This document shows, piece after piece, positions 1 through 10,116 of a stretch of 64,000 bases of DNA. The notes beneath the pieces were generated by a model. It searched no databases and was not told where the DNA came from. It worked only from the letters and a program-made list of their open reading frames with translations. Position numbers and translations under genes: made by a program. The stretch is taken from positions 62,001-126,000 of the forward strand of contig NZ_MWQY01000009.1 in assembly GCF_002087085.1 (NCBI RefSeq), given 5' to 3'. Numbering within the stretch: the first letter of the stretch is position 1; every line of letters starts with the position of its first letter.

Positions 1-853
1 AAAAGTGATCGATCCTCTCCCAGGTGCCGCCGTAAAAATAGCTCCCCCCTTCCGGTATTTCCGACCAGAAGGCGTAAAAATCCTGAGCAGCAGCTGATTC
101 CCCCCCAACACAAATCACGGGAGGAGCAACGCAGTCCTCCTGTGTCCCCAGAGCGGTCGGATATTCCCGCCCCGTCTCCCAGGGGTCTTCGTTAAAGTCT
201 CCGGCAAAGAGAATGTTAATACCCGCGAAGTCCCTGTTCAGTTCCTCTGTCCGGCGCTGCAGCAGCAGGGCGGAGCGGAGGCGCTGTGGTTCGGTCGCTT
301 CGGCTCCTCCAAGGCGGGATTTCCAGTGGTTGTTCATGAGTACGATTCTCTCTCCCCGTTCATCGCCCTCCGGATTAAGCCATATCTCGAGAATATTGCG
401 CTCGGAGTCGCTCCCGCCGGGGCGATGAACCAGCAGCTTTTCCACCGGAATCCGGGAGAGCAGGCCGGTCTGAACAGCAGCGCCCTGGGCCCGGGGGGCG
501 GCATGGAAATCGTAGCCCCCCAGGGGGAGAAAATCCCGGGACAGCCGTTCCAGGGTTCCGCTGTTCTCCACCTCCTGGAGAAGGAGAATATCGGGCTCCT
601 CCGGGGCTTTCTGAATCGCCGCAGCCAGGGCGGCGAGCTTTCCAAGGTAGGTCTCGTTGGTCCATTCCCCCGAAGAGGGATCGTATTCGGGGTATTCTCC
701 GCCCTGCCGGACGTCATCGAAGAGGTTCTGACAATTATAACTTAAAATAACGAGCCGGTTGTCGCCGTTTCCAAAAGGATCCATGGGACAACCGGCGCAT
801 CCGGTAAGTACGAAGATAATCAACACTGAAGCCCGGCGGATATTCCTTTTCAC
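1..853 (-). CDS. Endonuclease/exonuclease/phosphatase (EEP) family lipoprotein, 3' end beyond the window
   Basis: Not in the ORF track. Hand translation from GTG at 853 (GGAGG upstream): MKRNIRRASVLIIFVLTGC (lipobox) ...SYNCQNLFD...NHWKSR...GDFNE...GSYFYGGTWERIDH, open to position 1. Confidence 0.85.
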   Translation of the reverse strand, partial: MKRNIRRASVLIIFVLTGCAGCPMDPFGNGDNRLVILSYNCQNLFDDVRQGGEYPEYDPSSGEWTNETYLGKLAALAAAIQKAPEEPDILLLQEVENSGTLERLSRDFLPLGGYDFHAAPRAQGAAVQTGLLSRIPVEKLLVHRPGGSDSERNILEIWLNPEGDERGERIVLMNNHWKSRLGGAEATEPQRLRSALLLQRRTEELNRDFAGINILFAGDFNEDPWETGREYPTALGTQEDCVAPPVICVGGESAAAQDFYAFWSEIPEGGSYFYGGTWERIDHF

Positions 854-904
854 AGAGGCACCTCCACAGGGAAGAACCGCGGAAAAGCCCCGGCGCTTCA
901 GGAA

Positions 905-1861
905 TCAGCGCATTTTCTTTACATATTCGTCAACGGCCGCAACCTCGTCCAGGCCGCCTGCTTCAGGTGTAAAGGTAGTTCCGGTAATACCTTCATAGGC
1001 GCCCACATAACGACGGGCCGTCTCGATACGGACCTCATCGGGGATCTCCGGAGCTTCTCCGTCTCCCATGAATCCCTTGTCCATGAGCCACTGACGAAGG
1101 TACTCCTTATCCAGCTTGTGGGGGTCCTTTCCCGCCCTGAACTGCTGATCATAGGAGTCGGCAAACCAGAAACGGCTTGAATCAGGGGTATGGACCTCGT
1201 CCACCAGGTACACCTGTCCGTTCAGGATACCGAATTCGTACTTTGTGTCCACCAGGATCAGCCCCTGACGGGCACAGTCGTCGGTTCCACGTCGGAAAAG
1301 AGCAATCGCCGCCTTCTGGACGGTGTCCCATACGGCGGGATCAACCAGCCCCTGACGCAGGATCTCCTCGGAAGAGATCGGTTCATCATGCAGTCCCTGT
1401 TCAGCCTTCGTGGAAGGGGTAATAAGGGGTGTTTCAAAGCGCTGGTTCATCTGCATACCCGAAGGCAGGGCGATCCCGGAGACGGGCTTGCCGGCCTTGT
1501 AATCCCGCCAGGCGGAACCGGTCAGGTATCCCCGGACAACGACCTCCACCGGGAGCATCTCGCATTTCCGTACCGCCACGGTTCGGGGGGTAACGCTCTC
1601 GATTATATGGTTGGGCAGGATGTCTTCGGTTCGGGAAAACCAGTGCAGCGCGACCTTGTTCAGGACCTCGCCCTTGCAGGGAATAGTGGACAAAACCCGG
1701 TCGAAGGCGGAGATGCGGTCCGATGTGGAGATAACCAGGGTGTCGCCAAGATCGATGATATCCCGGACCTTTCCGCTGAATACCCTGCTTCCGCAGGGCA
1801 GGGTTTCCGGAAGCCCCTGAAAGGTCCGCTTGATCTCTTTTTCCAGAAAAGAATAGGCCAT
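905..1861 (-). CDS. purC: SAICAR synthetase
   Basis: GKVRD, SDRISAFD, EVVVRGYLTGS, LVDTKYEFG, DEVHTPDSSRFW, LDKEYLRQW; start at MAYSFL just after the clpP stop. Confidence 0.95.
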   Translation of the reverse strand: MAYSFLEKEIKRTFQGLPETLPCGSRVFSGKVRDIIDLGDTLVISTSDRISAFDRVLSTIPCKGEVLNKVALHWFSRTEDILPNHIIESVTPRTVAVRKCEMLPVEVVVRGYLTGSAWRDYKAGKPVSGIALPSGMQMNQRFETPLITPSTKAEQGLHDEPISSEEILRQGLVDPAVWDTVQKAAIALFRRGTDDCARQGLILVDTKYEFGILNGQVYLVDEVHTPDSSRFWFADSYDQQFRAGKDPHKLDKEYLRQWLMDKGFMGDGEAPEIPDEVRIETARRYVGAYEGITGTTFTPEAGGLDEVAAVDEYVKKMR

Positions 1862-1862
1862 A

Positions 1863-2450
1863 TTATTCCCCCAGTTCGGAACGGTTTGAGACAATCCGCT
1901 TGATCAGGCCGTAGTCTTCAGCCTCAGCGGCATTCATCCAGTAATCCCTGTCCGTATCCTTTTCAACCTTTGAGATATCCTGACCGGTCTCATCAGAGAT
2001 AAGCTTGTTGATCTTGGCCTTCAGCTTTTCAATCTCCCTGGCGTGTATCTCGATTTCCGTGGCAACCCCGCGTACGCCGCTCAAAGGCTGATGAATAAGA
2101 TAGTGGGAGTTGGGCAGCCCCAGACGCCTCTCTTTGGGGGCGGCCAGAAGAATCAGCGCTCCGGCACTGGCAACCAGTCCCATACCGATGGTATAGACTT
2201 TGGGAGAGACAAAGCGGATCATATCAAAGATGGCATAGCCTGCATCCGCGTCCCCGCCGGGGGAGTCGATAAATACCCTGATGGGATCATCCCCTTCTGT
2301 TTCAAGCAGGAGCAGCTGACGTATTACCCTCTCGGCAAGCTCCTTGTTGACCTCTCCCGAAAGAAGAATGTTCCGGGTCTTCAGCATCCGTTCAATAAGG
2401 GGTTCCGGACCTTTCTGTTTATCCTGTTCATTGTCATCTTCGAGACGCAT
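1863..2450 (-). CDS. clpP: ATP-dependent Clp protease proteolytic subunit
   Basis: IDSPGG, GLVASAG (catalytic Ser), IHQP, DTDRDYWM. Confidence 0.95.
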   Translation of the reverse strand: MRLEDDNEQDKQKGPEPLIERMLKTRNILLSGEVNKELAERVIRQLLLLETEGDDPIRVFIDSPGGDADAGYAIFDMIRFVSPKVYTIGMGLVASAGALILLAAPKERRLGLPNSHYLIHQPLSGVRGVATEIEIHAREIEKLKAKINKLISDETGQDISKVEKDTDRDYWMNAAEAEDYGLIKRIVSNRSELGE

Positions 2451-2551
2451 TATTCTCTCCTAATAAAAACTCCCCACCGGGGTGGACTATATACATACTA
2501 CCGTAAAGCACCTATTGTCAATCAAAGTTAACTAAGAGTAGGATCAGAGCC

Positions 2552-3448
2552 ATGAAAGCAGCCTTTGCGGCCATTATTGGACGCCCCTCGGTGGGAAAAT
2601 CAACATTGCTCAATACTTTATGCGGAAACAAGGTTTCCATTGTCGCGCCATCCCCCCAGACAACCAGGAACACGATCCGTGGAATTCATTCCGATGAGAG
2701 GGGCCAGATCGTCTTCCTGGACACCCCCGGATTCCATGATTCTGAAAAGAAGATGAACCGCTACCTCAAGGAAAACGCTCTTTCCGCCCTCCAGGAGATA
2801 GATCTGGTCGTCTACATGATTGATCCTACCCGGCCGGCGGGGGTGGAAGAAAAGACCCTCATGGCTCTTCTGGCTCCACGAAACAGGACAACCATCGCTG
2901 TTATAAACAAGAGCGACCTTCCGGGGGCCAGGATCGAACAGATCAGCGAACTCCTTCGCAGCGAGCTCGATCCGGCGGAGCTGCTTGTCCTGTCCGCCAG
3001 GACGGGAGAAGGGACAGAAAAACTGCTGGAGGTCCTGTACAGCCATGCACCGGAGGGGGAACCCTTCTATCCGCCGGAATACTATACTGACCAGGAGCCC
3101 GGTTTCAGGGCCTCGGAGATCATCAGGGAATGGGCGGTTAATCGCGTAAGCCAGGAGGTCCCCCACGCCATCTACGTGGAAATAGCCGACATGGAAGAAC
3201 GGGAGGTGCAGACCTCCGCAGGAGAAACCCGCTACAAGCTATGGATACGGGCCTTTCTGGTGGTGGAACGGGAGAGCCAGAAAGGCATCCTGGTGGGGAA
3301 GAAGGGCAAGCTGATAAGCGAAATCCGCAAGGGGGCCCGGAAGGACCTGGAGAAGATATTTCCCCACCGCGTAGAACTGGATCTTCGGGTAAAAGTCAAT
3401 CCAAAATGGCGAAACAAGGACCCGCTTTTAAAACGGCTCCTCTCATGA
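2552..3448 (+). CDS. era: GTPase Era
   Basis: GRPSVGKSTL, QTTR, DTPG, NKSD, KH domain SQKGILVGKKG. Confidence 0.95.
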   Translation: MKAAFAAIIGRPSVGKSTLLNTLCGNKVSIVAPSPQTTRNTIRGIHSDERGQIVFLDTPGFHDSEKKMNRYLKENALSALQEIDLVVYMIDPTRPAGVEEKTLMALLAPRNRTTIAVINKSDLPGARIEQISELLRSELDPAELLVLSARTGEGTEKLLEVLYSHAPEGEPFYPPEYYTDQEPGFRASEIIREWAVNRVSQEVPHAIYVEIADMEEREVQTSAGETRYKLWIRAFLVVERESQKGILVGKKGKLISEIRKGARKDLEKIFPHRVELDLRVKVNPKWRNKDPLLKRLLS

Positions 3449-3585
3449 TAAAAATTCGGTCACGAAATTCTCTCCATCCCGTATTCTCGGGATCGATATA
3501 GCCGTATATTACTGGTATAGACACCGACCGGCTGCGTCCGGGAGGGGCTTCCGACTCGGCCGATTATCGGTGGAGGAGGTGGAGT

Positions 3586-4404
3586 ATGGCGGTTATATGT
3601 ATTTCCCGCGAACTCGCTGCGAACGGTGAAGAGACGGCCAGAGAGCTTACGAAAATCAACGGATACCGTTTTATCGAACGCGAATTCATCGAATCCCGCA
3701 TGCTTGAAAAAAAGATCGAACCCCAGGACATCAGGCATTTTGATGAACACAAACCCGGTCCCTTGAGTCTGATGCCGGAACGGCGTTTACGCTTTCTGCA
3801 AATCCTCAAGGAGATAATCCTCGATGAAGCCTCAAAGGGGAACTGCATAATTCTTGGACGAGGGGCCGGCGCGATACTGCGGGGAATTCCGGGAATTGTT
3901 TCGGTTCGGCTCATCGCCCCCCATGATGTCCGGATACACCGCATAAAACTCGCTCACAAATGCGACGAACGGACAGCTGAACATCAGATTCGTCAGAGCG
4001 ACCACGACAGAAGAGGATTTCTGAAATACTTTTTCGACCTGAACTGGCAGGACGGGGATATCTACGATCTGACCGTAAATACCGCATCCCTCAATCCCGC
4101 GGGAACGGCCTTGCTCATCGACAAATATCGGGAGCTCACCGTCAGTTCTGCGGATGAGAAACTGGGTATCCAGCGCATGAGGGACAGAAAAATTGAAGCC
4201 GCGGTTATAACCGAGATTATTTATACCAGAAAAATCCGGGTTCAGGGTTTTTCCGCCGTAATGGACAAAGGCAGACTGATTCTGAACGGCGTGGCCTCTT
4301 CCAGGGAGGAAGCCCGGGAAGCAGAGGCAGCGGTACGCGGCATCGAGGGCGTTGAAGCTCTGGACAACCAGATTGCGGTCCTTCCCCACGCCACGGCGAG
4401 CTGA
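3586..4404 (+). CDS. Cytidylate kinase-like family protein with C-terminal BON domain
   Basis: ICISRE...CIILGRGA...DHDRRGF...YDLTVNT; C-terminal LNGVASS...IEGVEALDNQI BON pattern; GGAGG RBS. Confidence 0.75.
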   Translation: MAVICISRELAANGEETARELTKINGYRFIEREFIESRMLEKKIEPQDIRHFDEHKPGPLSLMPERRLRFLQILKEIILDEASKGNCIILGRGAGAILRGIPGIVSVRLIAPHDVRIHRIKLAHKCDERTAEHQIRQSDHDRRGFLKYFFDLNWQDGDIYDLTVNTASLNPAGTALLIDKYRELTVSSADEKLGIQRMRDRKIEAAVITEIIYTRKIRVQGFSAVMDKGRLILNGVASSREEAREAEAAVRGIEGVEALDNQIAVLPHATAS

Positions 4405-4454
4405 TTAATCGGGTATCCTTTCAGAAAGCCCCAAAGGATACCCTCTATCAGCAC

Positions 4455-5594
4455 TTATTCAAAGAGAAATCCCCAGGATACGGGTACCTCGACCCTGTTC
4501 TCATAGGCGTCGAAAAAACTCACACCGGATTTATCAAAACGGGCATGGGTAACCTTTCCGAAGCTTTTGGTGATTCGTGCAACTCCCTGGATATACGGAA
4601 CGGTGAGAGCCTGATTCTCCTTCAACCGAAGGGATGTGGAAATACCGATTTCTGAAAGAGGGTTCTTTCTGGCGGAATATTTCAGTCCCTCGGCGAAATA
4701 GGACCGGACATCCTCCAGTCCGAGGCAGCAGGTCCTGCCGCTCCAGGGAACCTGATGCCGTCCGCGGTTCTCCATCCACAGGATGGTGGAATTGAGTATC
4801 TCCGGATTCTTTAAGGCAAACCAGAGGTAACCTTCGGACGGGGCGCCGGCACAGATCCAGGCGGGTTTCCCCTGGGCCCTGGGCTGGCGCTGGTAAATCT
4901 GCAGGACGTCTCCGAAACCTTCCCGGGCAGGAAAAACAGAGCAGTCCGCGTAGGGATCCTCCTTCCAGATGGTAGGGACCTTTTCGATACGGGTAAATCT
5001 GGCAGAAGGCGACAGGGAGTAGTACTCCTGAGTTCTGTACGCAGGTTCCCTCCTGGGAGCAACCATACCGAACCGGATCGGACTGTGGCTTATCAGGAAA
5101 CGTCCCTTTCCCGGCTCAGCGAGAATGGCATGGTGCCCGAGACTCAAGGGACCGGTGAAACCTTCGATGATATGCCGCTGGTAGATGACGGATTCATCCT
5201 TCTTTAAGAAGATCTCCTTTCTGACAGAACCCTCCCTGATCCTGGTCCTGATGCGTGTGGAAAGAAAGACATCCTCCCCTTCAATGGTTACCGTGGGAGA
5301 CTCCCACTGGCCGACAGCCGACTCGCCATGGGAGGGATGTTCCTCTTTGCGGTAGGCATTATCGATACCGAAGGGTACACAGAAAAAATCTCCCCGCATG
5401 GGCCGCAGCACCGGCCGTTCGGGTATCTGGTGCTCATCCTGCCAGGGACTGATAAAATACGGTTCCAGGGGCTTTTTTGAGGAATGGAAAAAGCTGACCG
5501 GGGCCATATGGCCCCCGGTTTCAGTCAGAAACAGTCTGACAGTATTGTTCTCCAGAAACCACCCGTTTTGACCGTGGGAGACGCTTTTTCTCAC
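4455..5594 (-). CDS. Hypothetical protein, possible galactose mutarotase-like fold
   Basis: 379-aa ORF; GDFFCVPFG, HGE, LGHH, LWMENRGR..PW.GR..CLGLED. Confidence 0.5.
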   Translation of the reverse strand: MRKSVSHGQNGWFLENNTVRLFLTETGGHMAPVSFFHSSKKPLEPYFISPWQDEHQIPERPVLRPMRGDFFCVPFGIDNAYRKEEHPSHGESAVGQWESPTVTIEGEDVFLSTRIRTRIREGSVRKEIFLKKDESVIYQRHIIEGFTGPLSLGHHAILAEPGKGRFLISHSPIRFGMVAPRREPAYRTQEYYSLSPSARFTRIEKVPTIWKEDPYADCSVFPAREGFGDVLQIYQRQPRAQGKPAWICAGAPSEGYLWFALKNPEILNSTILWMENRGRHQVPWSGRTCCLGLEDVRSYFAEGLKYSARKNPLSEIGISTSLRLKENQALTVPYIQGVARITKSFGKVTHARFDKSGVSFFDAYENRVEVPVSWGFLFE

Positions 5595-5649
5595 CTTTGT
5601 GCCCTCCTCATCTGTCCCGGGTCACCGAGTACCCCGCCGGGGAAAGAAA

Positions 5650-7227
5650 TCAATACTTCTCCAGTAAGGGAAGTATACGCTCCCTGCCGGCGCTCAGGAT
5701 AAATGCGGCCAGCCGGGGTCCCTTTTCTTTTCCGATAAGCGCCCGATATACCAGGGCAAAGAAATCCGGAGCTTCGAAGCCATGCCCGCCGGCAACAGCA
5801 TATATGGCCTCGCTCAAGGTTTTTTCATCGTAGTCCTGCAGATTGCCGACCACTTCCGCCAGAGCCTTCAAAGAGGACTTCTCTTCCCCGGAAAGTTCGA
5901 GGGGTGCAGTGTCCGCGGACTTCAGGGAGAAGCGGAAATCCTCGGGAGCATAGGAGGTAATCCAGTTCCAGGCGCATTCCGCACGCTTCCTGAGCCTCTC
6001 CTGCTGATACTCCTGTACATCCGGCAGGGCGGCTATGGTCTGGTCGATATCTCCGTTATAGGTCTGAAGCAGATTTGTCAGGTGGCGAATGGGAATTTGA
6101 TAGGGAATCTTTTCGGGAGCGGCCCCCACCTGGGACAGCTCGTAAATCCTGGCCTGCTTTTCCCACTTCTTGCGCTGTTTTTCCGTCTCCGGCTTATCGA
6201 AGAAGATGCGTTCACATTTGTCGTAGTCCTCATAAATCTTGAGAACATCCAGATCGAAGGAGATGGCGAACTCGGTATTCGGCCGGGTTCCTGCGAAGAG
6301 AAAACGTGTGACCTCGGGGGTGTAGATCTCGAGGACATCCGCGAGGCTGACGACCTCACCCGAGGACGATGATATCTTGCCTCCCCTGCCCTTGATGCGG
6401 ACAAAGTCGTACTGGAAGGTTACGGGGGACTCTCCGCCGTATACGGCCTGGACAATCTTCCTGGCGGTATCGAAGCTGCCCCCCTCGGAATGGTGGTCCT
6501 TTCCGGCGGGTTCAAAATCCACCCCTTCCCTGAACCAACGCATGGGCCAGTCGATGCGCCAGGGCAGCTTGACCGTGGATGCCTCCCGGAGATCCAGGGT
6601 CTCACTGTTGCCGCAGGAATCGCAGCTGTAGCTGACCGACCAGTCGCCGTCCCAGGAATCCACCCTTGTTGTGTCCCGGCCGCAGGCGGTACAGAAAACG
6701 GACAGAGGGATCCACTCATCAGGGAGAGGACTCGTGCGGTGCTCGTCAAGAATGGCCCGGACCGCTTCCTGATGCTCCAGGGCTGTGCGTATTTCCGAGG
6801 CGTATCCGGAGGCCCCATACTCCTTTGCCTGGTAGATATATTCGGGATTGATACCCACCAGGGGCAGCAGCTCTTCCACGGCTTTCTCATTGGCCCGGGC
6901 ATAGCTCTCTTCCCTGCCGTGGGGATCGGGAACTTCGGTAATGGATTTACGCAGGTATTTTTCCAGCTCCTGCGGATCGGGCATGTTCTTTGGAACCTTG
7001 CGGAATACGTCGAAGTCGTCCCAGGAATAGATGAAACGAACCTCTTTGCCCCGGTCCTTCAGTGCCCGGGCCACCAGTTCGGTGGAGATAATCTCCCGGA
7101 AATTGCCGATATGGACTGTACCGGAGGGGGTAATTCCGGAAGCACAGGTGTACACGGGCTTGTCGCCCTTTTCTCTGATGATCTTGTCTGCGTTGACGTC
7201 TGCCCAATGGGAAGTTTTCGGTGCCAT
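5650..7227 (-). CDS. lysS: Class I lysyl-tRNA synthetase
   Basis: GITPSGTVHIGN, KLPWRIDWPMRW, EPAGKDH, KISSS, GPRLA. Confidence 0.95.
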   Translation of the reverse strand: MAPKTSHWADVNADKIIREKGDKPVYTCASGITPSGTVHIGNFREIISTELVARALKDRGKEVRFIYSWDDFDVFRKVPKNMPDPQELEKYLRKSITEVPDPHGREESYARANEKAVEELLPLVGINPEYIYQAKEYGASGYASEIRTALEHQEAVRAILDEHRTSPLPDEWIPLSVFCTACGRDTTRVDSWDGDWSVSYSCDSCGNSETLDLREASTVKLPWRIDWPMRWFREGVDFEPAGKDHHSEGGSFDTARKIVQAVYGGESPVTFQYDFVRIKGRGGKISSSSGEVVSLADVLEIYTPEVTRFLFAGTRPNTEFAISFDLDVLKIYEDYDKCERIFFDKPETEKQRKKWEKQARIYELSQVGAAPEKIPYQIPIRHLTNLLQTYNGDIDQTIAALPDVQEYQQERLRKRAECAWNWITSYAPEDFRFSLKSADTAPLELSGEEKSSLKALAEVVGNLQDYDEKTLSEAIYAVAGGHGFEAPDFFALVYRALIGKEKGPRLAAFILSAGRERILPLLEKY

Positions 7228-7272
7228 GAGAGCTACTATACCGCAGCAGCGGCAGGAACTTCAAGCAAGCGC

Positions 7273-8001
7273 TCAGTCGGGAAATACATTGATTATGTAG
7301 GTGTAACTGCCTGCGGGAAAATAACTGGAAGCAGCCGATCCGCTTTCGTCCGTCTGATACGCCATGGTCGCCTGACCGCTGTCATGATGGAAAATCATGT
7401 ACAGGAGACCCCAGTTGTCCGGCCCGTTTCCGAAAACAAAAGTCCCTTCTCCTCGAAGTTCGTCCTTAAGACCGTCAGCTGATATTTCCACTACCGCCAG
7501 GTCTCCGGAGAGACTGGTGGTGCGACCGTTTTCGTTTATGCCTTCAGGTGCGGAAAAGGGCAGATCGTAGTCGCTTGCGGTATACGAGTTATAGGTAAAC
7601 GAAGAACTGTAGCCATGAAACATGGTGGCACCGCTGCCGCTTCCGCCGTCAAGGGGAACAGCATTGGCGGAATCGAAAAACATACCGAGGAATTCCGACA
7701 CCCCATGCCAGGATTCGTTATCAAACTCCAGGGAGCGCAGGGCGGGGATATCCCTGCCGGTGGTATTCGGGGGACTGACCTCCAGAGGATTACCCGGACC
7801 GGCATATGCCCATGTACCGTAGGCAGTCTCTTCGCCATCGTAAAACTCCTGATAGTCAGATGGAGTTATGACCCTGAGTTCCGTTTCACTTACCACGGGC
7901 ATAAAGGCGGGAGAATAGAACAGGTATTCACAGCCGGCAAGGGAGAGTATTGATGCAAGGGCTGCAGGCAGAAATACTGCCTTGAAAATCAGCTTTTTCA
8001 T
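7273..8001 (-). CDS. Hypothetical lipoprotein
   Basis: MKK plus hydrophobic stretch plus LAGC lipobox; 4-nt overlap with the upstream gene. Confidence 0.7.
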   Translation of the reverse strand: MKKLIFKAVFLPAALASILSLAGCEYLFYSPAFMPVVSETELRVITPSDYQEFYDGEETAYGTWAYAGPGNPLEVSPPNTTGRDIPALRSLEFDNESWHGVSEFLGMFFDSANAVPLDGGSGSGATMFHGYSSSFTYNSYTASDYDLPFSAPEGINENGRTTSLSGDLAVVEISADGLKDELRGEGTFVFGNGPDNWGLLYMIFHHDSGQATMAYQTDESGSAASSYFPAGSYTYIINVFPD

Positions 8002-9770
8002 TTGAGTTTCGCTCCGAACCCGATCATGGGAAATCCTCCCACGGGAGAAAAGTAGTACTCCGCTTCAAAGAAAAGCGTCATTTTCGGCAGCCGGGGAAGA
8101 TCCGTGGGGACCTCGATTCCCAGGGCAGGTCCCGCAGCTCCGGAAAACATCAAATCCTTCATGCCCACATGAAGAAGAGCGGCCAGGTATGGCTTAATCG
8201 GAACATCAAAAGGGGCCGCCGGAAAGAGCAGGGTCTTCGCCGTTGCGGAGGGAATGGGTTTGAGGGGTTCAAAGTAATCGCCGCTGATTCCCGCGTAAAT
8301 ATTGAAGGAGAGAAAATCCTTAAGAGCATCAAAACCGGCTCCGGCCATGAACCAGGCGCCGCCCCCCACCTGGGCCGCCGTGTAGGGTTTACTGATCCAG
8401 GGACGTCGTCGCTTCTCCGTATCCGGCAGTCCCTCTTCCTTGATCCTGCGGAGGGTGGCCCGGTTGTCCGCCGCCGCGGAAAAGGGAGATGCTATCAGAT
8501 CATACAGAACAAAGGACCAGAAGGGAATCTGCCAGAGGGCAACACTGAGATCGTCCTCCATGTAGTCCGTTTCGCTGGCCCACATAATCAACCCGAGGGA
8601 GAGGGCCGACCCTGCGCTGAGGATTCCGGAGGTCACGAGATCATCCTGCAGGGCATACCCGAAACGCGGGGCCGCAGCCAGCATCATGGGCCAGGGCGGC
8701 GGGCCGTCTTCAACCCCGGGCAGAAACATGAAGGCCATCTGTCCGGCGGTGAGCAGGACATTCGTGGCGGCCCCCAGCCAGACCCTGTTCAGGGCCGGCT
8801 GTATTGCAGGATCCCGGGGATCAGGATAGAGCTCGAAAAGCTGGTTCGGTTCCCTGAATTCAGCTTCCAGGGGGATAAGATGCTCTCCCTCGAGCAACAG
8901 CTGAGTTCCGAGGCCGGGAAAAGCAGGATCCGTTACAAGGGGCGTACGGCCGAGAAAGACCTCGCCGGAATAGACAGCCGCGTTCCTGGGCCGGGAGGTA
9001 ATTACATTTGACCCTTCCACGGGGACCGGAGGTGCAAGGCCGTCGTTCCAGTCTCCGAAATCAAGGCCCGGAGAGACCTGTACGGGAATCAGGTATTCCC
9101 GCCCCTCTTCTATGTCGAGGAGATAGCTGACAAGATGGTAGGGTTGGTTTTCTCCTGCTCCCGGGAGAATATAGACGGAAACCTTCCGTTCGCCGTACAG
9201 CACATCCCGCCGGGGGATATCGTCCCCCACGGGAATTCCGTCCACTTCTATTCTGTAGGAGAATCCCCGGGTCTGATTATCAAAAACAAGACGGCCATAG
9301 CCGACATGAATCCCGGTAAACTCCCGGGCAGCCTGGGCTGTCGCCATGTCCATGGCGTCAAAGAGGTCGAAAAAACTCCCGGCCTCAACTGCTTCATGGG
9401 GGGTTTCGGTATCATTGGCGGAATCCCAGGAGAAGGTCTGAATCCTATACCCTCCCCCGGGCAGCACCTCCAGGGAACCGTATAGTGCGTAATCGATGAA
9501 CCCCTCCTTAAGATCCTCAAAGGCTGTTTCGGAATCCAGGGGAGAGGCCGAATCCATGGGCACGACCTTGTACCGATCAAGGAGCTGAAGGGTTAAAACC
9601 AGGGTTTCCCCTGCAGTCTCGGCAAGGCTGATAATTCCCGGATCCGCCGAGGAGGTGCTGAAAGAGTAAACCCCTACCCGCGTACGCGCCTGCTGGGCAT
9701 ACAGTAGAAACCCCGGGAAAAATAAAAGAAACAAAACGACTGCCGCTGCAAAACTCTTTTTCTGTTTCAC
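7998..9770 (-). CDS. Exported PEGA-domain protein with N-terminal TolB/CsgG-like region
   Basis: Signal peptide; IEVDG and ITSRPRNAAVY...LGRTPL PEGA-like motifs; hydrophobic C-terminal half. Confidence 0.6.
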   Translation of the reverse strand: MKQKKSFAAAVVLFLLFFPGFLLYAQQARTRVGVYSFSTSSADPGIISLAETAGETLVLTLQLLDRYKVVPMDSASPLDSETAFEDLKEGFIDYALYGSLEVLPGGGYRIQTFSWDSANDTETPHEAVEAGSFFDLFDAMDMATAQAAREFTGIHVGYGRLVFDNQTRGFSYRIEVDGIPVGDDIPRRDVLYGERKVSVYILPGAGENQPYHLVSYLLDIEEGREYLIPVQVSPGLDFGDWNDGLAPPVPVEGSNVITSRPRNAAVYSGEVFLGRTPLVTDPAFPGLGTQLLLEGEHLIPLEAEFREPNQLFELYPDPRDPAIQPALNRVWLGAATNVLLTAGQMAFMFLPGVEDGPPPWPMMLAAAPRFGYALQDDLVTSGILSAGSALSLGLIMWASETDYMEDDLSVALWQIPFWSFVLYDLIASPFSAAADNRATLRRIKEEGLPDTEKRRRPWISKPYTAAQVGGGAWFMAGAGFDALKDFLSFNIYAGISGDYFEPLKPIPSATAKTLLFPAAPFDVPIKPYLAALLHVGMKDLMFSGAAGPALGIEVPTDLPRLPKMTLFFEAEYYFSPVGGFPMIGFGAKLK

Positions 9771-9871
9771 TTACTATCAATAGTAGTCGCTTTTTCTAGC
9801 TTTCTCAAGAAAAAGTATCATGGAAGAATCTATGGGCACATCTCCATTTAAGGTGCCCCTGTTAAGCATAA

Positions 9872-10066
9872 TCAGGCAAACTCGTCTATCTGATGTTCCC
9901 GCCGCATTTCTTCTTCACGTCTCCGGGCTTCCTCTTCCTCCTGCCGGATACGCTCCTCTTCCCGGATGCGTTCTTCCTCCCGAATACGTTCATTATCGGG
10001 AGCCTCCCTCCTGGGCGAAACAGGAGACGAAACAGGTGTCATGGGGCCAATTTCTTCGACACTCAC
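9872..10066 (-). CDS. Small Glu/Arg-rich helical protein (64 aa)
   Basis: GGAGG RBS before GTG; three ERIR(E/Q)E repeats with synonymous codon variation. Confidence 0.65.
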   Translation of the reverse strand: MSVEEIGPMTPVSSPVSPRREAPDNERIREEERIREEERIRQEEEEARRREEEMRREHQIDEFA

Positions 10067-10116
10067 AGGCTGCCTCCTCTGGGATTTTTTCCCATTTCCT
10101 GTTAAATTTACTCACT

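Noticed and set aside
213..998. Short ORFs listed at the left edge
   Set aside because: Explained by the minus-strand EEP gene running off the window
9820..10116. 99-aa N-terminal extension of RlpA in the ORF track
   Set aside because: It is antisense to the ER-repeat gene; the signal peptide begins at ATG 10117
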